Shown in pieces: positions 1-11,925 of a stretch of DNA of 34,572 nt. Position numbers and translations under genes: made by a program. Numbering within the stretch: position 1 is the first letter of the stretch; every line of letters starts with the position of its first letter. A model generated the notes under the pieces. That model worked only from the letters and a program-made list of their open reading frames with translations, was not told where the DNA came from and searched no databases. Source of the DNA: Nitrospirae bacterium CG2_30_53_67 (lineage in GTDB: Bacteria > CG2-30-53-67); NCBI GenBank assembly GCA_001873285.1, contig MNYV01000075.1, positions 1-34,572 of the forward strand, read 5' to 3'.

Positions 1-901
1 GCCCGAATTACTGGAAGTCGTGCACAGTCTGATCGAGGAAAAAAGAGGGATTCAATTCATTCTGACCGGCTCCAGCGCGAGAAAGCTCAAAAGAACGGGC
101 GTCAACCTCCTGGCCGGGCGCGTCCGGATGAAGCGCATGCACCCCTTTGTCGCCGCGGAACTTGGAAAGAACTTCGATTTGAACCATGCGTTGCAGCATG
201 GATTGATCCCGGTAGTTCTGGACAGTGCTCAGCCGGCTGCTTCCCTGAACGCATACATTGACCTCTATATCCGGGAAGAAGTCCGAATGGAAGGCCTGAC
301 CAGAAATATCGGCAACTTCTCAAGGTTCCTGGAAGCCTTAAGTTTCTCTCACGGTTCCGTCTTGAATATCAGCAACATTTCAAGAGACTGCCAGGTGCAG
401 AGAAAATTAGCGGAAGGCTACCTTCATATTCTGGAGGATCTCCTGCTGGCGTTCAGAGTTCCGGTTTTTACAAGAAAGGCAAAGCGCGCCGTAAGCCGGC
501 ATCCCAAGTTCTATTTCTTCGATGCCGGCGTCTACAGCAGCCTGCGCCCTTCGGGCCCGCTTGACCGGCCGGAAGAAAAGACCGGAGCCGCGTTGGAAGG
601 ACTGATCGCCCAGCACCTGAGGGCATGGATGGATTACAAACATCCCGATTGCCGGCTCTTCTTCTGGAGAACCAGTTCCGGCCCTGAGGTTGATTTCGTG
701 GTGTATGGCCCGGATATTTTCTGGGCCGTGGAGGTTAAGAATGCGGCCGATGTGCGTCCCGAAGATATCAGGGCGCTCAAAACCTTCGGAGAGGATTATC
801 CCGAGGCGAAACGAATTCTCGTCTATCGCGGCAAGGAGCGGCTCAAACGAGAAGGGATTCTCATCGTGCCCTGCACGGAATTTCTCATGACACTCTCCTA
901 A
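1..901 (+). CDS. AAA+ ATPase with C-terminal DUF4143 (PD-(D/E)xK-like) domain, 5' end outside window
   Basis: Frame open from base 2 (PELLEVVHS...). Motifs ILTGSSARKL, LAGR, PKFYFFDAGV and FWRTSSGPEVDFVV..AVEVK are typical of AAA_14+DUF4143 proteins. The Walker A motif would lie upstream of the window. Confidence 0.88.
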   Translation, partial: PELLEVVHSLIEEKRGIQFILTGSSARKLKRTGVNLLAGRVRMKRMHPFVAAELGKNFDLNHALQHGLIPVVLDSAQPAASLNAYIDLYIREEVRMEGLTRNIGNFSRFLEALSFSHGSVLNISNISRDCQVQRKLAEGYLHILEDLLLAFRVPVFTRKAKRAVSRHPKFYFFDAGVYSSLRPSGPLDRPEEKTGAALEGLIAQHLRAWMDYKHPDCRLFFWRTSSGPEVDFVVYGPDIFWAVEVKNAADVRPEDIRALKTFGEDYPEAKRILVYRGKERLKREGILIVPCTEFLMTLS

Positions 902-958
902 TCGTCATCAACTTGCGCCCCGAGCGGGCCTGGGACAGGCGCTTTGTGTGTCCTTCAA

Positions 959-1104
959 ATCGCAGGGATTGCTTCCTCAAGAGGCGCTGCACGCGAGCTC
1001 TTGCGCCTCGCGGAGATAGGGCTCATCGAGATTCTTGTGCCGCGCCAGGCGATCGTTGAGGCCGACCGGAACATTTCGGCAAAACTTCCTGAATGCCTGA
1101 CGGA
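959..1104 (+). pseudogene. PIN-domain protein fragment
   Basis: IAGIASSRGAARELLRLAEIGLIEILVPRQAIVEADRNISAKLP resembles the segment after the first Asp of PIN proteins. There is no N-terminal xxDT strand, and the frame runs into the secF stop on the opposite strand. Confidence 0.55.
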
Positions 1105-2016
1105 TCAGGCTTTTGCCTTGGCCGGCTTTACAAACCTATCAAGAAACACAACAACCGGGGTGGCTACAAAGATCGAGGAATAGGTTCCCACCACGACCCC
1201 CACGATCATGGCAAAGGCGAAGTCGTGAATGACCTCACCGCCCAAAAAGAATAGGATCACCACCACGATAAAGACGGTCAAGGAGGTCAGGATGGTCCGG
1301 CTCAGGGTCTGGTTGATGCTCTGGTTGATGGTCTCATCAAAGGTCTCCTTCTTCTTAAGCTTCATCCTTTCCCGGATCCGGTCGCAGACCACGATGGTGT
1401 CGTTCAGGGAATACCCCACGATGGTGAGGAGCGCGGCAATGATCGGGAGGTTGAACTCCTTGTTCAAAAGCGAAAAGACCCCGATGGTAATGAGCACGTC
1501 ATGGATCGTGGCCAGGGTCGCGCCCAGGGCAAAACGGAACTCGAAACGGAAGGTGATATAAATCAGCAGAGCGACCAGGGAAAACGCCAGGGCCTTGAGG
1601 GCCTTGAGCTGCAGATCACGGCCGACTTGGGGCCCCACCTCTTCCACCCTTTGTACGGCGAAGGCATCCTTGCCATAGGATTTCTGCAGAGACTCGGTAA
1701 CGAGATCCGCAACACTCCCCTTGCCTTCGCTGGACTTCTCAAGCCGGATCATGATCTCATCGGGGCTTCCGTATTCCTGGATGACGCTGTCGCCCAGATT
1801 GATCTCTTTGAGACTCTGCCGGATTTTGCTGATGTCCGCAGGCGCATTGAATTTGAGCTCAACGAGAGTCCCGCCTTTGAAATCAATCCCATAGTTCAAC
1901 CCGCCGTGCCACATGATGGATCCGATGCCGATCAGGATCATCGTCCATGAGGCGACAACTCCGATCCACATCTTTTTTACAAAGTTGATATTGATATCCG
2001 GTTTGATGATCTCCAT
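1105..2016 (-). CDS. secF: Protein translocase subunit SecF
   Basis: GLNYGIDFKGGT, VGPQVG, GYSLNDTIVVCDRIRE, RTILTSLT, GTYSSIF; follows secD. Confidence 0.97.
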   Translation of the reverse strand: MEIIKPDININFVKKMWIGVVASWTMILIGIGSIMWHGGLNYGIDFKGGTLVELKFNAPADISKIRQSLKEINLGDSVIQEYGSPDEIMIRLEKSSEGKGSVADLVTESLQKSYGKDAFAVQRVEEVGPQVGRDLQLKALKALAFSLVALLIYITFRFEFRFALGATLATIHDVLITIGVFSLLNKEFNLPIIAALLTIVGYSLNDTIVVCDRIRERMKLKKKETFDETINQSINQTLSRTILTSLTVFIVVVILFFLGGEVIHDFAFAMIVGVVVGTYSSIFVATPVVVFLDRFVKPAKAKA

Positions 2017-2046
2017 GCGCCTGTCTCCGTTTGATAAAAATGAACC

Positions 2047-3579
2047 TCAAATACTGATCCGGTTGACTTCCCATTTCTGCAAAACAAAATCAAAGATCAC
2101 ACGGGTGACAAAGATGGCCGTAAACATACTGGCAATAAGGCCCAGGGAAAGGGTGACGGCAAATCCCTTGATCGGGCCGGTTCCGAACTGGAAAAGGAAA
2201 AAGGCCGTGATCAGCGTCGTCAGGTTGGCATCAAAGATGGTGATGAAGGCCTTGGTGTATCCTGCATCCAGGGCGGCGCGCATGGTTTTTCCCAGCCGGA
2301 GTTCCTCCCTGATCCGCTCGAAAATAAGGACGTTCGCATCCACGGCCATACCGATGGTCAGGATGATCCCGGCGATACCGGGAAGAGACAAGGTCGCATT
2401 GACGGCGGCCATGACCCCCAGGATCAGAAGAATGTTCAGGATCAAGGCGACATTGGCCACCAGACCGGAGAGTTTATAGTAGATCACCATGAACAGGACC
2501 ACCAGGATCCCGCCGATCAAGCATGATTTGATCCCCTTCGCGATGGAATCCCGTCCCAGTGACGGGCCCACGGTCCGGTTCTCCAGGATGCTCACCGGAG
2601 CGGGAAGAGCGCCGGCCCTAAGCACGATGGAGAGGTCCTTGGCCTCATCCAGGCTGAAACGGCCCGAGATCTGGGCACGGCCTCCGGAAATCCTCTCATT
2701 GATCACCGGAGCGGAATAGACGGCATTATCCAGGATGATGGCCATCCGCTTTTTCACATATTTCCCGGTGATCTGATCAAAGAGCTTGGCCCCTCGGCTG
2801 TCAAACGTCATGTGCACGTAAGGATTGTTGAACTGGTCATAGCCGACGCGGGCATCGGTGATGGTGTCCCCGGTCATCAGGACCCTTTTTTTCAACAGCA
2901 GGGGGGATTTTTTCCCGGGGGTTGCGGTCTTCTCATAAAGAATCTCGTCGTCCGGAGGGATATCTCCGGAGAGGGCCTTGTCCAGGTCGTTCTCATCGTC
3001 CACCAGTTTGAATTCGAGCCGCGCCGTCTTTCCGATCAGTTCGATGGCCCGTTTGGTATCCTTGAGTCCCGGGAGCTGGATCAGGATCCGGTCCTTGCCT
3101 TCCCGCTGGATGGTGGGCTCGGCAACCCCGAATTCATCCACCCGGTTCCGGATGGTCTCCAGACTCTGATCAATGGTCGCGTTCTTGATCCTCTGGATCT
3201 CCTGATCCTTGATGGTCAAAGAGACCTTGTTCTCTCCAAGCTCCTCAACGTTTAATATGTTGTATTCATCCTGGATGAACTTCTTGACATCCTCCAGTCC
3301 CTTCCGGTCGAGGGTCGAAACGTCCAGGGCGCCGTCCGCTTTATCAACGGAGACATATTCGATCCCTTTATCGTCCATGAGTGTCTGCAGTTCATCCACC
3401 ATCCGGTCCAGGGTCGAGTCTATGGCCTTTTCCGTCTCGACTCCTAAAATCAGGTGCATTCCTCCCTGAAGATCGAGCCCCAGATTGATCTTGTGCCCCT
3501 GCACCGGATAGAGAAAGTAGGCCGATGCCACGATGGACAGCGCTATCACCCCGATCCGCCACTGCAAACTCTTATCCAT
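2047..3579 (-). CDS. secD: Protein translocase subunit SecD
   Basis: LGLDLQGG, IRNRVDEFGVAEP, LRAGALPAP, VGPSLG, GMAVDANVLIFERIREE, GPIKGFA; AAGGAG RBS upstream. Confidence 0.97.
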   Translation of the reverse strand: MDKSLQWRIGVIALSIVASAYFLYPVQGHKINLGLDLQGGMHLILGVETEKAIDSTLDRMVDELQTLMDDKGIEYVSVDKADGALDVSTLDRKGLEDVKKFIQDEYNILNVEELGENKVSLTIKDQEIQRIKNATIDQSLETIRNRVDEFGVAEPTIQREGKDRILIQLPGLKDTKRAIELIGKTARLEFKLVDDENDLDKALSGDIPPDDEILYEKTATPGKKSPLLLKKRVLMTGDTITDARVGYDQFNNPYVHMTFDSRGAKLFDQITGKYVKKRMAIILDNAVYSAPVINERISGGRAQISGRFSLDEAKDLSIVLRAGALPAPVSILENRTVGPSLGRDSIAKGIKSCLIGGILVVLFMVIYYKLSGLVANVALILNILLILGVMAAVNATLSLPGIAGIILTIGMAVDANVLIFERIREELRLGKTMRAALDAGYTKAFITIFDANLTTLITAFFLFQFGTGPIKGFAVTLSLGLIASMFTAIFVTRVIFDFVLQKWEVNRISI

Positions 3580-3695
3580 CCCCGACTCCTTTCACAAGAC
3601 TCAGCCAAAAACCCTGACGGCAGGCACGCCCTTATCGCGTCGTCATCGTTCGCATATAAAACAAATAAAATCTTCCCTCACCCATCAGAGGGATA

Positions 3696-3742
3696 ACTCC
3701 CCCCGGCCCCCTCTTAAATAAGAGGGGGAGAAAGGGGGATTT
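3696..3742. repeat. REP-like GC-rich hairpin (CCCCCTCTTA-AA-TAAGAGGGGG)
   Basis: 10-bp perfect inverted repeat 3707-3716/3719-3728, flanked by CTCCCCCCGG and AGAAAGGGGGATTT, in the yajC-secD spacer. Confidence 0.65.
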
Positions 3743-3916
3743 TCCATCATGCATTGCCGACACAAAGTCGATCTTCCCACTGTATACACGGAAGAATCAA
3801 AATAAATTACAAATAAATTTCAAATGAAGAATTTATCATATAAAAAAAATAAACTAAAGAAAAAAATGTAACCTGCTGAATATTTCATGAAAACGGTCAG
3901 ACCGGGGACAGCCATT

Positions 3917-4252
3917 TCATCCTTTGGATACGGCCTGATCCGTTACGATTTTCCTCACGATGGCGCTCCTGTCCACCCTGATCTTGACCTTGTCGTCCAC
4001 CTGCAGGGTCACGGTATCGGACGTGATGGCCTTGATCTCCCCATGGACTCCGCCGGATGTGACCACGCGGTCCCCTGCTCTGAGAGCGGAGAGCATGGTC
4101 TTGAGTTCCTTGGTCTTTTTCATCTGCGGCCGGATCAGAAGAAAATAAAAAATCAGGACCATCAGGAGCAGGGGGGCTATCGAACCTAATGCCCCTCCGG
4201 GAGCCGCCGGTGTTGAAGTCGCGTCTTGCGCATAGGCCAGCATTTCAAACAT
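3917..4252 (-). CDS. yajC: Preprotein translocase subunit YajC
   Basis: IFYFLLIRPQMKK, LRAGDRVVTSGGVHGEI; lies between tgt and secD; AAGGAG RBS. Confidence 0.95.
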   Translation of the reverse strand: MFEMLAYAQDATSTPAAPGGALGSIAPLLLMVLIFYFLLIRPQMKKTKELKTMLSALRAGDRVVTSGGVHGEIKAITSDTVTLQVDDKVKIRVDRSAIVRKIVTDQAVSKG

Positions 4253-4290
4253 CTTTTTCTCCTTTTTGTAAAGTTAAAAAATAAGGTCCT

Positions 4291-6599
<2,309 letters not shown>

Positions 6600-6663
6600 A
6601 GGCCTCCCCTCTTCAATGTCCGATCAGAGTAAAACAACCGAACAGAACCAAACAGGGTTTTCC

Positions 6664-6891
6664 TTATTTTCGAAAGAAAAAATAGAATAACAAAAATAAG
6701 ATAATACTTAGAATGATGCTGGTCGTCAAAGGAAAATAAAAGGTAAAATTCTTTTTCCGGATAAAGATGTCTCCGGGAAGCCTGCCCAGCCACGGGATCT
6801 TCCCGGCAAGGAGGAGCATCCCGCCGATCAGGACCAGGAGAAAACCCGTAAAAATCAGGAATTTACCAATGGTTGTCCAGGGACTCATCAT
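6664..6891 (-). CDS. DUF2905 small membrane protein
   Basis: LGRLPGDIFIRKKNFTFYFPLTTSIILS signature between two hydrophobic segments; usual position between ruvB and queA. Start uncertain (6903/6891/6888). Confidence 0.88.
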   Translation of the reverse strand: MMSPWTTIGKFLIFTGFLLVLIGGMLLLAGKIPWLGRLPGDIFIRKKNFTFYFPLTTSIILSIILFLLFYFFFRK

Positions 6892-6914
6892 CTCTTCTTT
6901 CAAAGGCCTTTTCA

Positions 6915-7151
6915 GGGTAAAAAGGATTCAAGGGTTTCAGGGTTCAAGGGTTCAAGTGAAATACCGAAACGCAAGAAAAATCTTCAGAGAAAAGCACTGG
7001 AACCCTGGACCCCTGATGTTTTTGGCACTTCACTTGACCCCTGGAATCCTGGACCCCTTGACCCCTCGGTCCCTTATGTTTTCAGCACTTCACTTGACCC
7101 CTGGAATCCTTGACCCCTTGGACCCTTATGTTTCACCCGCTCTTTTGGAGA
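6915..7151. mobile_element. Hairpin MITE-like repeat family A, copy 2 (internal ~60-bp tandem duplication)
   Basis: Same core and right end as the other copies. GCACTTCACTTGACCCCTGGAATCCT occurs twice, 60 bp apart, within 7011-7130. Confidence 0.8.
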
Positions 7152-7703
7152 TGAACCTTTTTTTGCCTCCGGCTTCTTTTTCATGTAGCGTTCCATCTCG
7201 CTGTAGATACACCCGCAATAGGCCTGGCGGTAGATCCCAAGTTCCCTGGACCGGTCCGCCCCGGCCTTCCATCCTGTGCGGAAATCCTCATAGTAAAAGG
7301 GAATGCCCCTCTCCTTGGCCACGTCCTCGCCGACACGTTTCACCAGATCATGCTTCTGATAAATACTGTAAAGGAGGGTTGTGGAAAAAGCGCCGGCCCC
7401 CTGCTCCACCGCCTCTTGGGCGGCGGCGGTCAAACGCATACGGTAACAGTGAAAGCAGCGATTCTCTTCATGGAACACCACCTCTCGAAGAAACTCCTTC
7501 AACAGGTATTGGTCCCTGACGATCAAAGGGAGATCCATGGACGAGGCATAACCCGTCAGGGCCGAAAGACGCTTTCTGTATTCTGTCAAGGGATGGATGT
7601 TCGGGTTGAAAAAGAACCCCGTGGTTTCGACCTTCCGGTCTCTCAGAACCGTCAAGGGATATATGGAGCAGGGCGCACAGCAGATATGGAGCAACAGCTT
7701 CAA
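7074..7703 (-). CDS. queH: Epoxyqueuosine reductase QueH (DUF208)
   Basis: [51 protein letters not shown]; clustered with queA and tgt; TTGA overlap with the ruvB stop. Confidence 0.92.
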   Translation of the reverse strand: MKLLLHICCAPCSIYPLTVLRDRKVETTGFFFNPNIHPLTEYRKRLSALTGYASSMDLPLIVRDQYLLKEFLREVVFHEENRCFHCYRMRLTAAAQEAVEQGAGAFSTTLLYSIYQKHDLVKRVGEDVAKERGIPFYYEDFRTGWKAGADRSRELGIYRQAYCGCIYSEMERYMKKKPEAKKGSSPKERVKHKGPRGQGFQGSSEVLKT

Positions 7704-8734
7704 AACATCTCCTCCTGAGGGCTCTTCCTGTAGGGTATCCCGAAATGCTCATAGGCATTTTTTGTGGCCACCCGGCCTCTTGGTGTTCTCGCCAGGTATC
7801 CGTTCTGGATCAGATAAGGCTCGTAGAGATCCTCAATGGTATCCTTTTCTTCGCTGATGGCCGCGGCCAGGGTTGAAATCCCCACCGGCCCCCCGCTGAA
7901 TTTCTCAATCAGGGTCCGGATCAGTTTCTGGTCCATATGATCCAGCCCCATGGAATCCACGTCCAGATGGAGCAGGGCCTGATCCGCCACTTCTCGGGTG
8001 ATCACGGGATCCCCCTGCACTTCTGAAAAATCCCGCACACGGCGGAGAAGCCGGTTGCATATTCTCGGCGTTCCGCGGGACCGTCTCGCAATCTCATGAG
8101 CCCCCTCCGAATCAATGGAAACGGAAATGATCCGTGCGGAACGGATGATGATCTGTGTGAGATCCTCGATGCTGTAAAAATTCAGGCGCTCGACCACGCC
8201 GAATCGGTCCCTTAACGGCGAGGTGAGAAGCCCGGCCCGGGTGGTGGCGCCCACCAGGGTAAACCGGGGAAGGTCCAGCTTGATCACACGCGCAGAAGGC
8301 CCCTCCCCCAGAAGAATATCAATCTGGAAGTCCTCCATTGACGGGTAGAGAAGCTCCTCCACCACTCGGTTCATCCTGTGGATTTCATCCACAAACAGGA
8401 CGTCCCCGTCCTTGAGGTTGGTGAGGATCGCAGCAAGGTCGCCCGGCCGCTCCAGCACGGGCCCCGATGTCGCCTTGATATGGACCCCCATTTCATCTGC
8501 AAGGATATGAGCCAGCGTGGTCTTCCCCAGGCCTGGGGGGCCGTAAAGAAGGATATGGTCCAGGGCCTCCTTCCTGGCCTTGGCCGCTTCAATAAAGATA
8601 CGGAGGTTATGCTTGATCTTCTCCTGTCCGACAAAGTCATTCAGACATCTCGGACGGAGGCTCGAATCCAAGACAACCTCGTCTATGCCTTCTTTTGGAC
8701 TGATGATGCGGTCTTCTTCCATAACCATAACCAT
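7700..8734 (-). CDS. ruvB: Holliday junction helicase RuvB
   Basis: [57 protein letters not shown]. True start may be 8722. Confidence 0.98.
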   Translation of the reverse strand: MVMVMEEDRIISPKEGIDEVVLDSSLRPRCLNDFVGQEKIKHNLRIFIEAAKARKEALDHILLYGPPGLGKTTLAHILADEMGVHIKATSGPVLERPGDLAAILTNLKDGDVLFVDEIHRMNRVVEELLYPSMEDFQIDILLGEGPSARVIKLDLPRFTLVGATTRAGLLTSPLRDRFGVVERLNFYSIEDLTQIIIRSARIISVSIDSEGAHEIARRSRGTPRICNRLLRRVRDFSEVQGDPVITREVADQALLHLDVDSMGLDHMDQKLIRTLIEKFSGGPVGISTLAAAISEEKDTIEDLYEPYLIQNGYLARTPRGRVATKNAYEHFGIPYRKSPQEEMF

Positions 8735-8815
8735 TTGAACCGTTCAAGCCGTTTAAACTGTTTGAACCGTTTGAATCTTTTGAACGGTTTGAACTGCTTT
8801 TACCGTTTGAACCAT
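8735..8815. repeat. Tandem array of nine degenerate 9-mers (consensus TTGAACCGT)
   Basis: ttgaaccgt tcaagccgt ttaaactgt ttgaaccgt ttgaatctt ttgaacggt ttgaactgc ttttaccgt ttgaaccat. Confidence 0.9.
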
Positions 8816-8820
8816 TCTTT

Positions 8821-9429
8821 TTATGCCTTTGAAAGCAGCCTGAGAGACTCCCGGATCAGGTCCTCCACAGAGCGATCTTCTTTTTCATCAGCCAGCCCCT
8901 GAATGACCTCCCTGACTTCACCCCTCTTGTACCCAAGATGGACCAGGGCGGCCATGGCATCCTTGTATGGACACTGGTCCAGCAGGGAGAGCGCGGCGCT
9001 GGAAACGCCTTCCGGGTTGATGGGCTCATCCGGGATCTTATCCTTGAGTTCCATGCAGATCCTCTCCGAGGTCTTTCTCCCGACACCGGGAATGCCGCGG
9101 AGCCTTTCGACATCTCCGTGGCGGATGGCCGTCCGGAGGCTTCCCGTATCCAAACCGGAGAGGAGTGTCAGGGCGATTCTGGGCCCGACCTTGGACACGG
9201 AAATGAGCTGTTCAAAGAGATCCTTCTCCGAGGAGGTCAAGAACCCGAAGATCTGCATGGCATTATCACGGACATGGGTATAGGCCTTAAGACAGACCTG
9301 GGCGCCCGCCTCCGGCAACTGATAAAATGTTGAGAGTGGAATTTCCAAGAGATACCCGACGCCGTTCACATCCACGATAATCTCTGATGGATCCTTCTCT
9401 TCCAAGACACCTTTGATCTGGGCAATCAT
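8821..9429 (-). CDS. ruvA: Holliday junction branch migration protein RuvA
   Basis: MIAQIKG, DVNGVGY, LISVSKVGPRIAL, IPGVGRKTSERICMELKDK, ALVHLGY; GAGG upstream of ATG 9429. Confidence 0.96.
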   Translation of the reverse strand: MIAQIKGVLEEKDPSEIIVDVNGVGYLLEIPLSTFYQLPEAGAQVCLKAYTHVRDNAMQIFGFLTSSEKDLFEQLISVSKVGPRIALTLLSGLDTGSLRTAIRHGDVERLRGIPGVGRKTSERICMELKDKIPDEPINPEGVSSAALSLLDQCPYKDAMAALVHLGYKRGEVREVIQGLADEKEDRSVEDLIRESLRLLSKA

Positions 9430-9456
9430 CTCTGGTTTCCTCTGCGGCGCCTTCAT

Positions 9457-9482
9457 CCCTGCCTGTGCTACGGCAGACAGGG
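9457..9482. repeat. Short palindromic element CCCTGCCTG-N8-CAGACAGGG
   Basis: 9-bp inverted repeat with one mismatch, upstream of ruvA. Confidence 0.45.
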
Positions 9483-9513
9483 CGCCCCTCTACGGGCGTA
9501 GATCTTTCCCCCG

Positions 9514-9637
9514 GGGTCTGCGACAAATTTACAGGTAAATATTTCTCTAAGAGCGTCATTCCCCGACTCGATCGGGGGACCGGACAATGACAAACATATG
9601 TAATCCTGATGTGTACCCATAAATTTGTCGCACACCC
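9514..9637. mobile_element. 124-bp MITE with 18-bp TIRs and 9-bp target-site duplication
   Basis: GGGTCTGCGACAAATTTA (9514-9531) and TAAATTTGTCGCACACCC (9620-9637) are 17/18 complementary; TTTCCCCCG at 9505-9513 and 9638-9646. Confidence 0.9.
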
Positions 9638-9681
9638 TTTCCCCCGGCGCCCGGCCGATCCCCCGGGCGGATCTCCCTGCT

Positions 9682-10230
9682 CTATTCCTTCGGAAGATCC
9701 CGGCCATGCCTGCATCTTTCATTCTGATTCTTTAAGGTGACGGCCTTCAAGTTCCGGCGCATCATCCTGCTCTGGCTGTGGCAGATGGCTATGGCCAGGG
9801 CGTCCGAGGCATCGTAAGGATCGGGCAGGTAAGGAAGAGCAAGGAGGCTCTTCACCATTTTTTGGACTTGTTCCTTGTCGGCTCTTCCAAAACCGGCGAC
9901 CGCCTTCTTGACTTCCGCAGGGGTGTAATCAAAGACCTCAAGGCCGTAATTTACGGCCGCCAGAATAGCCGCTCCCCGAGCATGCCCCAGTTTAAATGCG
10001 GAGCTGACGTTCCTCGCAATGAAAATGTTCTCCAGGGAAACCACATCGGGGCGCTTCGATTCGATGATGCGGTTGAGTCCATGATACAGCCTTTTCAGGC
10101 GGTAGGATATCGGCAGTGTTCCCGAGGTGCGGATCACTCCGCAATCCAAAAATACCAGAGCGCCGTCTTTCTCTTCGATGATCCCGAACCCGGTCTGAAC
10201 CGAACCGGGATCAATGCCGAGTATGCGCAC
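9682..10230 (-). CDS. ruvC: Crossover junction endodeoxyribonuclease RuvC
   Basis: ILGIDPG, SLENIF, LGHARG, YTPAEVKKAV, ADKEQV, DASDALAIAICH. Confidence 0.97.
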   Translation of the reverse strand: MRILGIDPGSVQTGFGIIEEKDGALVFLDCGVIRTSGTLPISYRLKRLYHGLNRIIESKRPDVVSLENIFIARNVSSAFKLGHARGAAILAAVNYGLEVFDYTPAEVKKAVAGFGRADKEQVQKMVKSLLALPYLPDPYDASDALAIAICHSQSRMMRRNLKAVTLKNQNERCRHGRDLPKE

Positions 10231-10980
10231 TCAGATACTCATCCTTTCCATGATCTCATCATCAATTTCATAGTTTGCATGGACGGCGTTCACGTCGTCA
10301 TTATCTTCCAGCGCCGAAACAAGTTTCAGCATCTGCTCCGCCTCCTTACCCTCCAGTCGGACCGAAGTCTGGGGTATCTTGGTCAGCTCAGCAAGCGTGT
10401 ACCGGATTCCGGCGGTATCCAGGGCCTGTTTCACGTTTTCGAAATGAGGAGGCTCCATAATGATTTCGAAGGTCTTACCTTCATCCTTGACGTCCTCAGC
10501 CCCGGCATCGAGAGCCGTTTCCAACAGCCGATCTTCATCGGCGCCCTCTTTTTCGACCACGATCAGACACCGGGTTTGAAACATCCAGGAAACGCAGCCG
10601 GTTTCTCCGAGGTTGCCGTGATTTTTTGAGAAGATATAACGGATTTCGGAAACGGTACGGTTCTTGTTGTCGGTCAGGGTCTCGACCAGAACGGCGACGC
10701 CTCCAGGACCGTAGCCCTCATAGACGATCTCTTCATAGTTGACGCCGGGCAGTTCCCCTGTCCCTTTCTGGATGGCGCGTTTGATATTGTCTGCCGGCAT
10801 GTTGGCCTCTTTGGCCTTCAGAATAACCGCCCGAAGCCTCGCATTCGATGCGGGGTCGCCTCCCCCTATACGGGCGGCCACGGTAACCTCCTTGATGATC
10901 TTCGAGAAGATCTTCCCACGCTTGGCATCCGCCGCCCCTTTCTTATACTTGATGGTGGACCATTTTGAATGACCTGACAT
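10231..10980 (-). CDS. yebC: YebC/PmpR family protein
   Basis: [45 protein letters not shown]; directly upstream of ruvC. Confidence 0.95.
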   Translation of the reverse strand: MSGHSKWSTIKYKKGAADAKRGKIFSKIIKEVTVAARIGGGDPASNARLRAVILKAKEANMPADNIKRAIQKGTGELPGVNYEEIVYEGYGPGGVAVLVETLTDNKNRTVSEIRYIFSKNHGNLGETGCVSWMFQTRCLIVVEKEGADEDRLLETALDAGAEDVKDEGKTFEIIMEPPHFENVKQALDTAGIRYTLAELTKIPQTSVRLEGKEAEQMLKLVSALEDNDDVNAVHANYEIDDEIMERMSI

Positions 10981-11041
10981 AACCGGACTCCTTTAACTCT
11001 TTCAGCCCATGAAGAACGCTATGTTTATTGTTTTAGGTTTT

Positions 11042-11246
11042 TCTCCCATTTAGTGGGTAAAATAAGGGTTCAAGGGGTTCAGGGTTCAAGGATTCAAGTG
11101 AAATACTGAAACGCAAGCAAAATCTCCAGAGAAAAACACTTGAACACTTGACCCCTCAGACCCTCAAGTTCTTGAAAAGCACTTCACTTGACCCCTGGAA
11201 TCCTTGACCCCTTGACCCCTGATGTTTTCACCCACTCTTTTGGAGA
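11042..11246. mobile_element. Hairpin MITE-like repeat family A, copy 3 (most complete)
   Basis: Left TCTCCCATTTAGTGGGTAAAATAAGGG versus reverse complement of right end TCTCCAAAAGAGTGGGTGAAAACATCAGGG forms an imperfect TIR; inner arms CAAGTGAAATACT and AGCACTTCACTTG. Confidence 0.85.
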
Positions 11247-11257
11247 TGATCCTTTTT

Positions 11258-11797
11258 TTATGACTTCCTTCTCCAGAGGGATAGCAGCCGATCCCACCAG
11301 CTTGCAGCCTGGATCTCCCCTGGGTCCTGCGGCGTCTCTTCATCCTCTTCTTCCTCACCGTAGATGAGCGTGGTTCTTCCATCCAAGATGTCGATCTCCG
11401 GATGATCCTCGCTATCCGGACCAAGATCGTATGCGCCCTCTCCGCTGAAGGAAACCTCTGACTGAGACGCCTTTTTGAGAGAGATTGAAACACTGAGGAG
11501 ATATTCCTCAGAAACGCCGTTCGGAAGCTTAATCTGAAGGGGGATCAGAATCCCTCTCCCTTCATTTCTGCCGGAAGGCCTGATATCGAGCCTTTTGGAA
11601 ACAACAGGCCGGCGCTCGAAGAGGCGGTTTTCTCTTTTAAAAGGCTGAAGAGAAATATCCTCCTCATACTCCACATTCTCTTCCTCGGAGATCAAGTCCT
11701 CAAACGCCTTGAACCCCTGGTCCATCTGTTTTCCCGGCGCCTGCCCCCGTGAATGCGCATTTACGGATCCATTTTCATTAGATTTTTTCTCTTCCAT
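11258..11797 (-). CDS. Hypothetical acidic protein
   Basis: Long ORF co-oriented with its neighbours and filling the gap; E/D-rich; start placed at MEEKK (ATG 11797). No family recognised. Confidence 0.6.
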   Translation of the reverse strand: MEEKKSNENGSVNAHSRGQAPGKQMDQGFKAFEDLISEEENVEYEEDISLQPFKRENRLFERRPVVSKRLDIRPSGRNEGRGILIPLQIKLPNGVSEEYLLSVSISLKKASQSEVSFSGEGAYDLGPDSEDHPEIDILDGRTTLIYGEEEEDEETPQDPGEIQAASWWDRLLSLWRRKS

Positions 11798-11925
11798 GTC
11801 GTCCGTCCCATTCAGGACCGAATGGCAGGATACCATCCAATCCATACCATAAAACATCTCATCAAGTCAATGGATTCCGTCTTCCACGTAAACAGCATCC
11901 GCGCCGCCCGATTCTTTGATGACCC

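Noticed and set aside
3600..3660. Riboswitch in the secD leader
   Set aside because: No recognisable aptamer consensus; an Rfam scan would be needed.
6915..7151. CRISPR array suggested by the repeated 26-bp GCACTTCACTTGACCCCTGGAATCCT
   Set aside because: Only two copies, the intervening DNA is itself octamer repeat rather than a unique spacer, and there are no cas genes; it is an internal duplication of repeat family A.
6767..7519. 250-aa plus-strand ORF with repeated [11 protein letters not shown]
   Set aside because: Antisense to DUF2905 and queH, and reads through the repeat element; shadow ORF.
9287..9722. Minus-strand ORFs of 142 and 84 aa between ruvC and ruvA
   Set aside because: They overlap ruvA and/or ruvC and run through the 124-bp MITE; no protein features.
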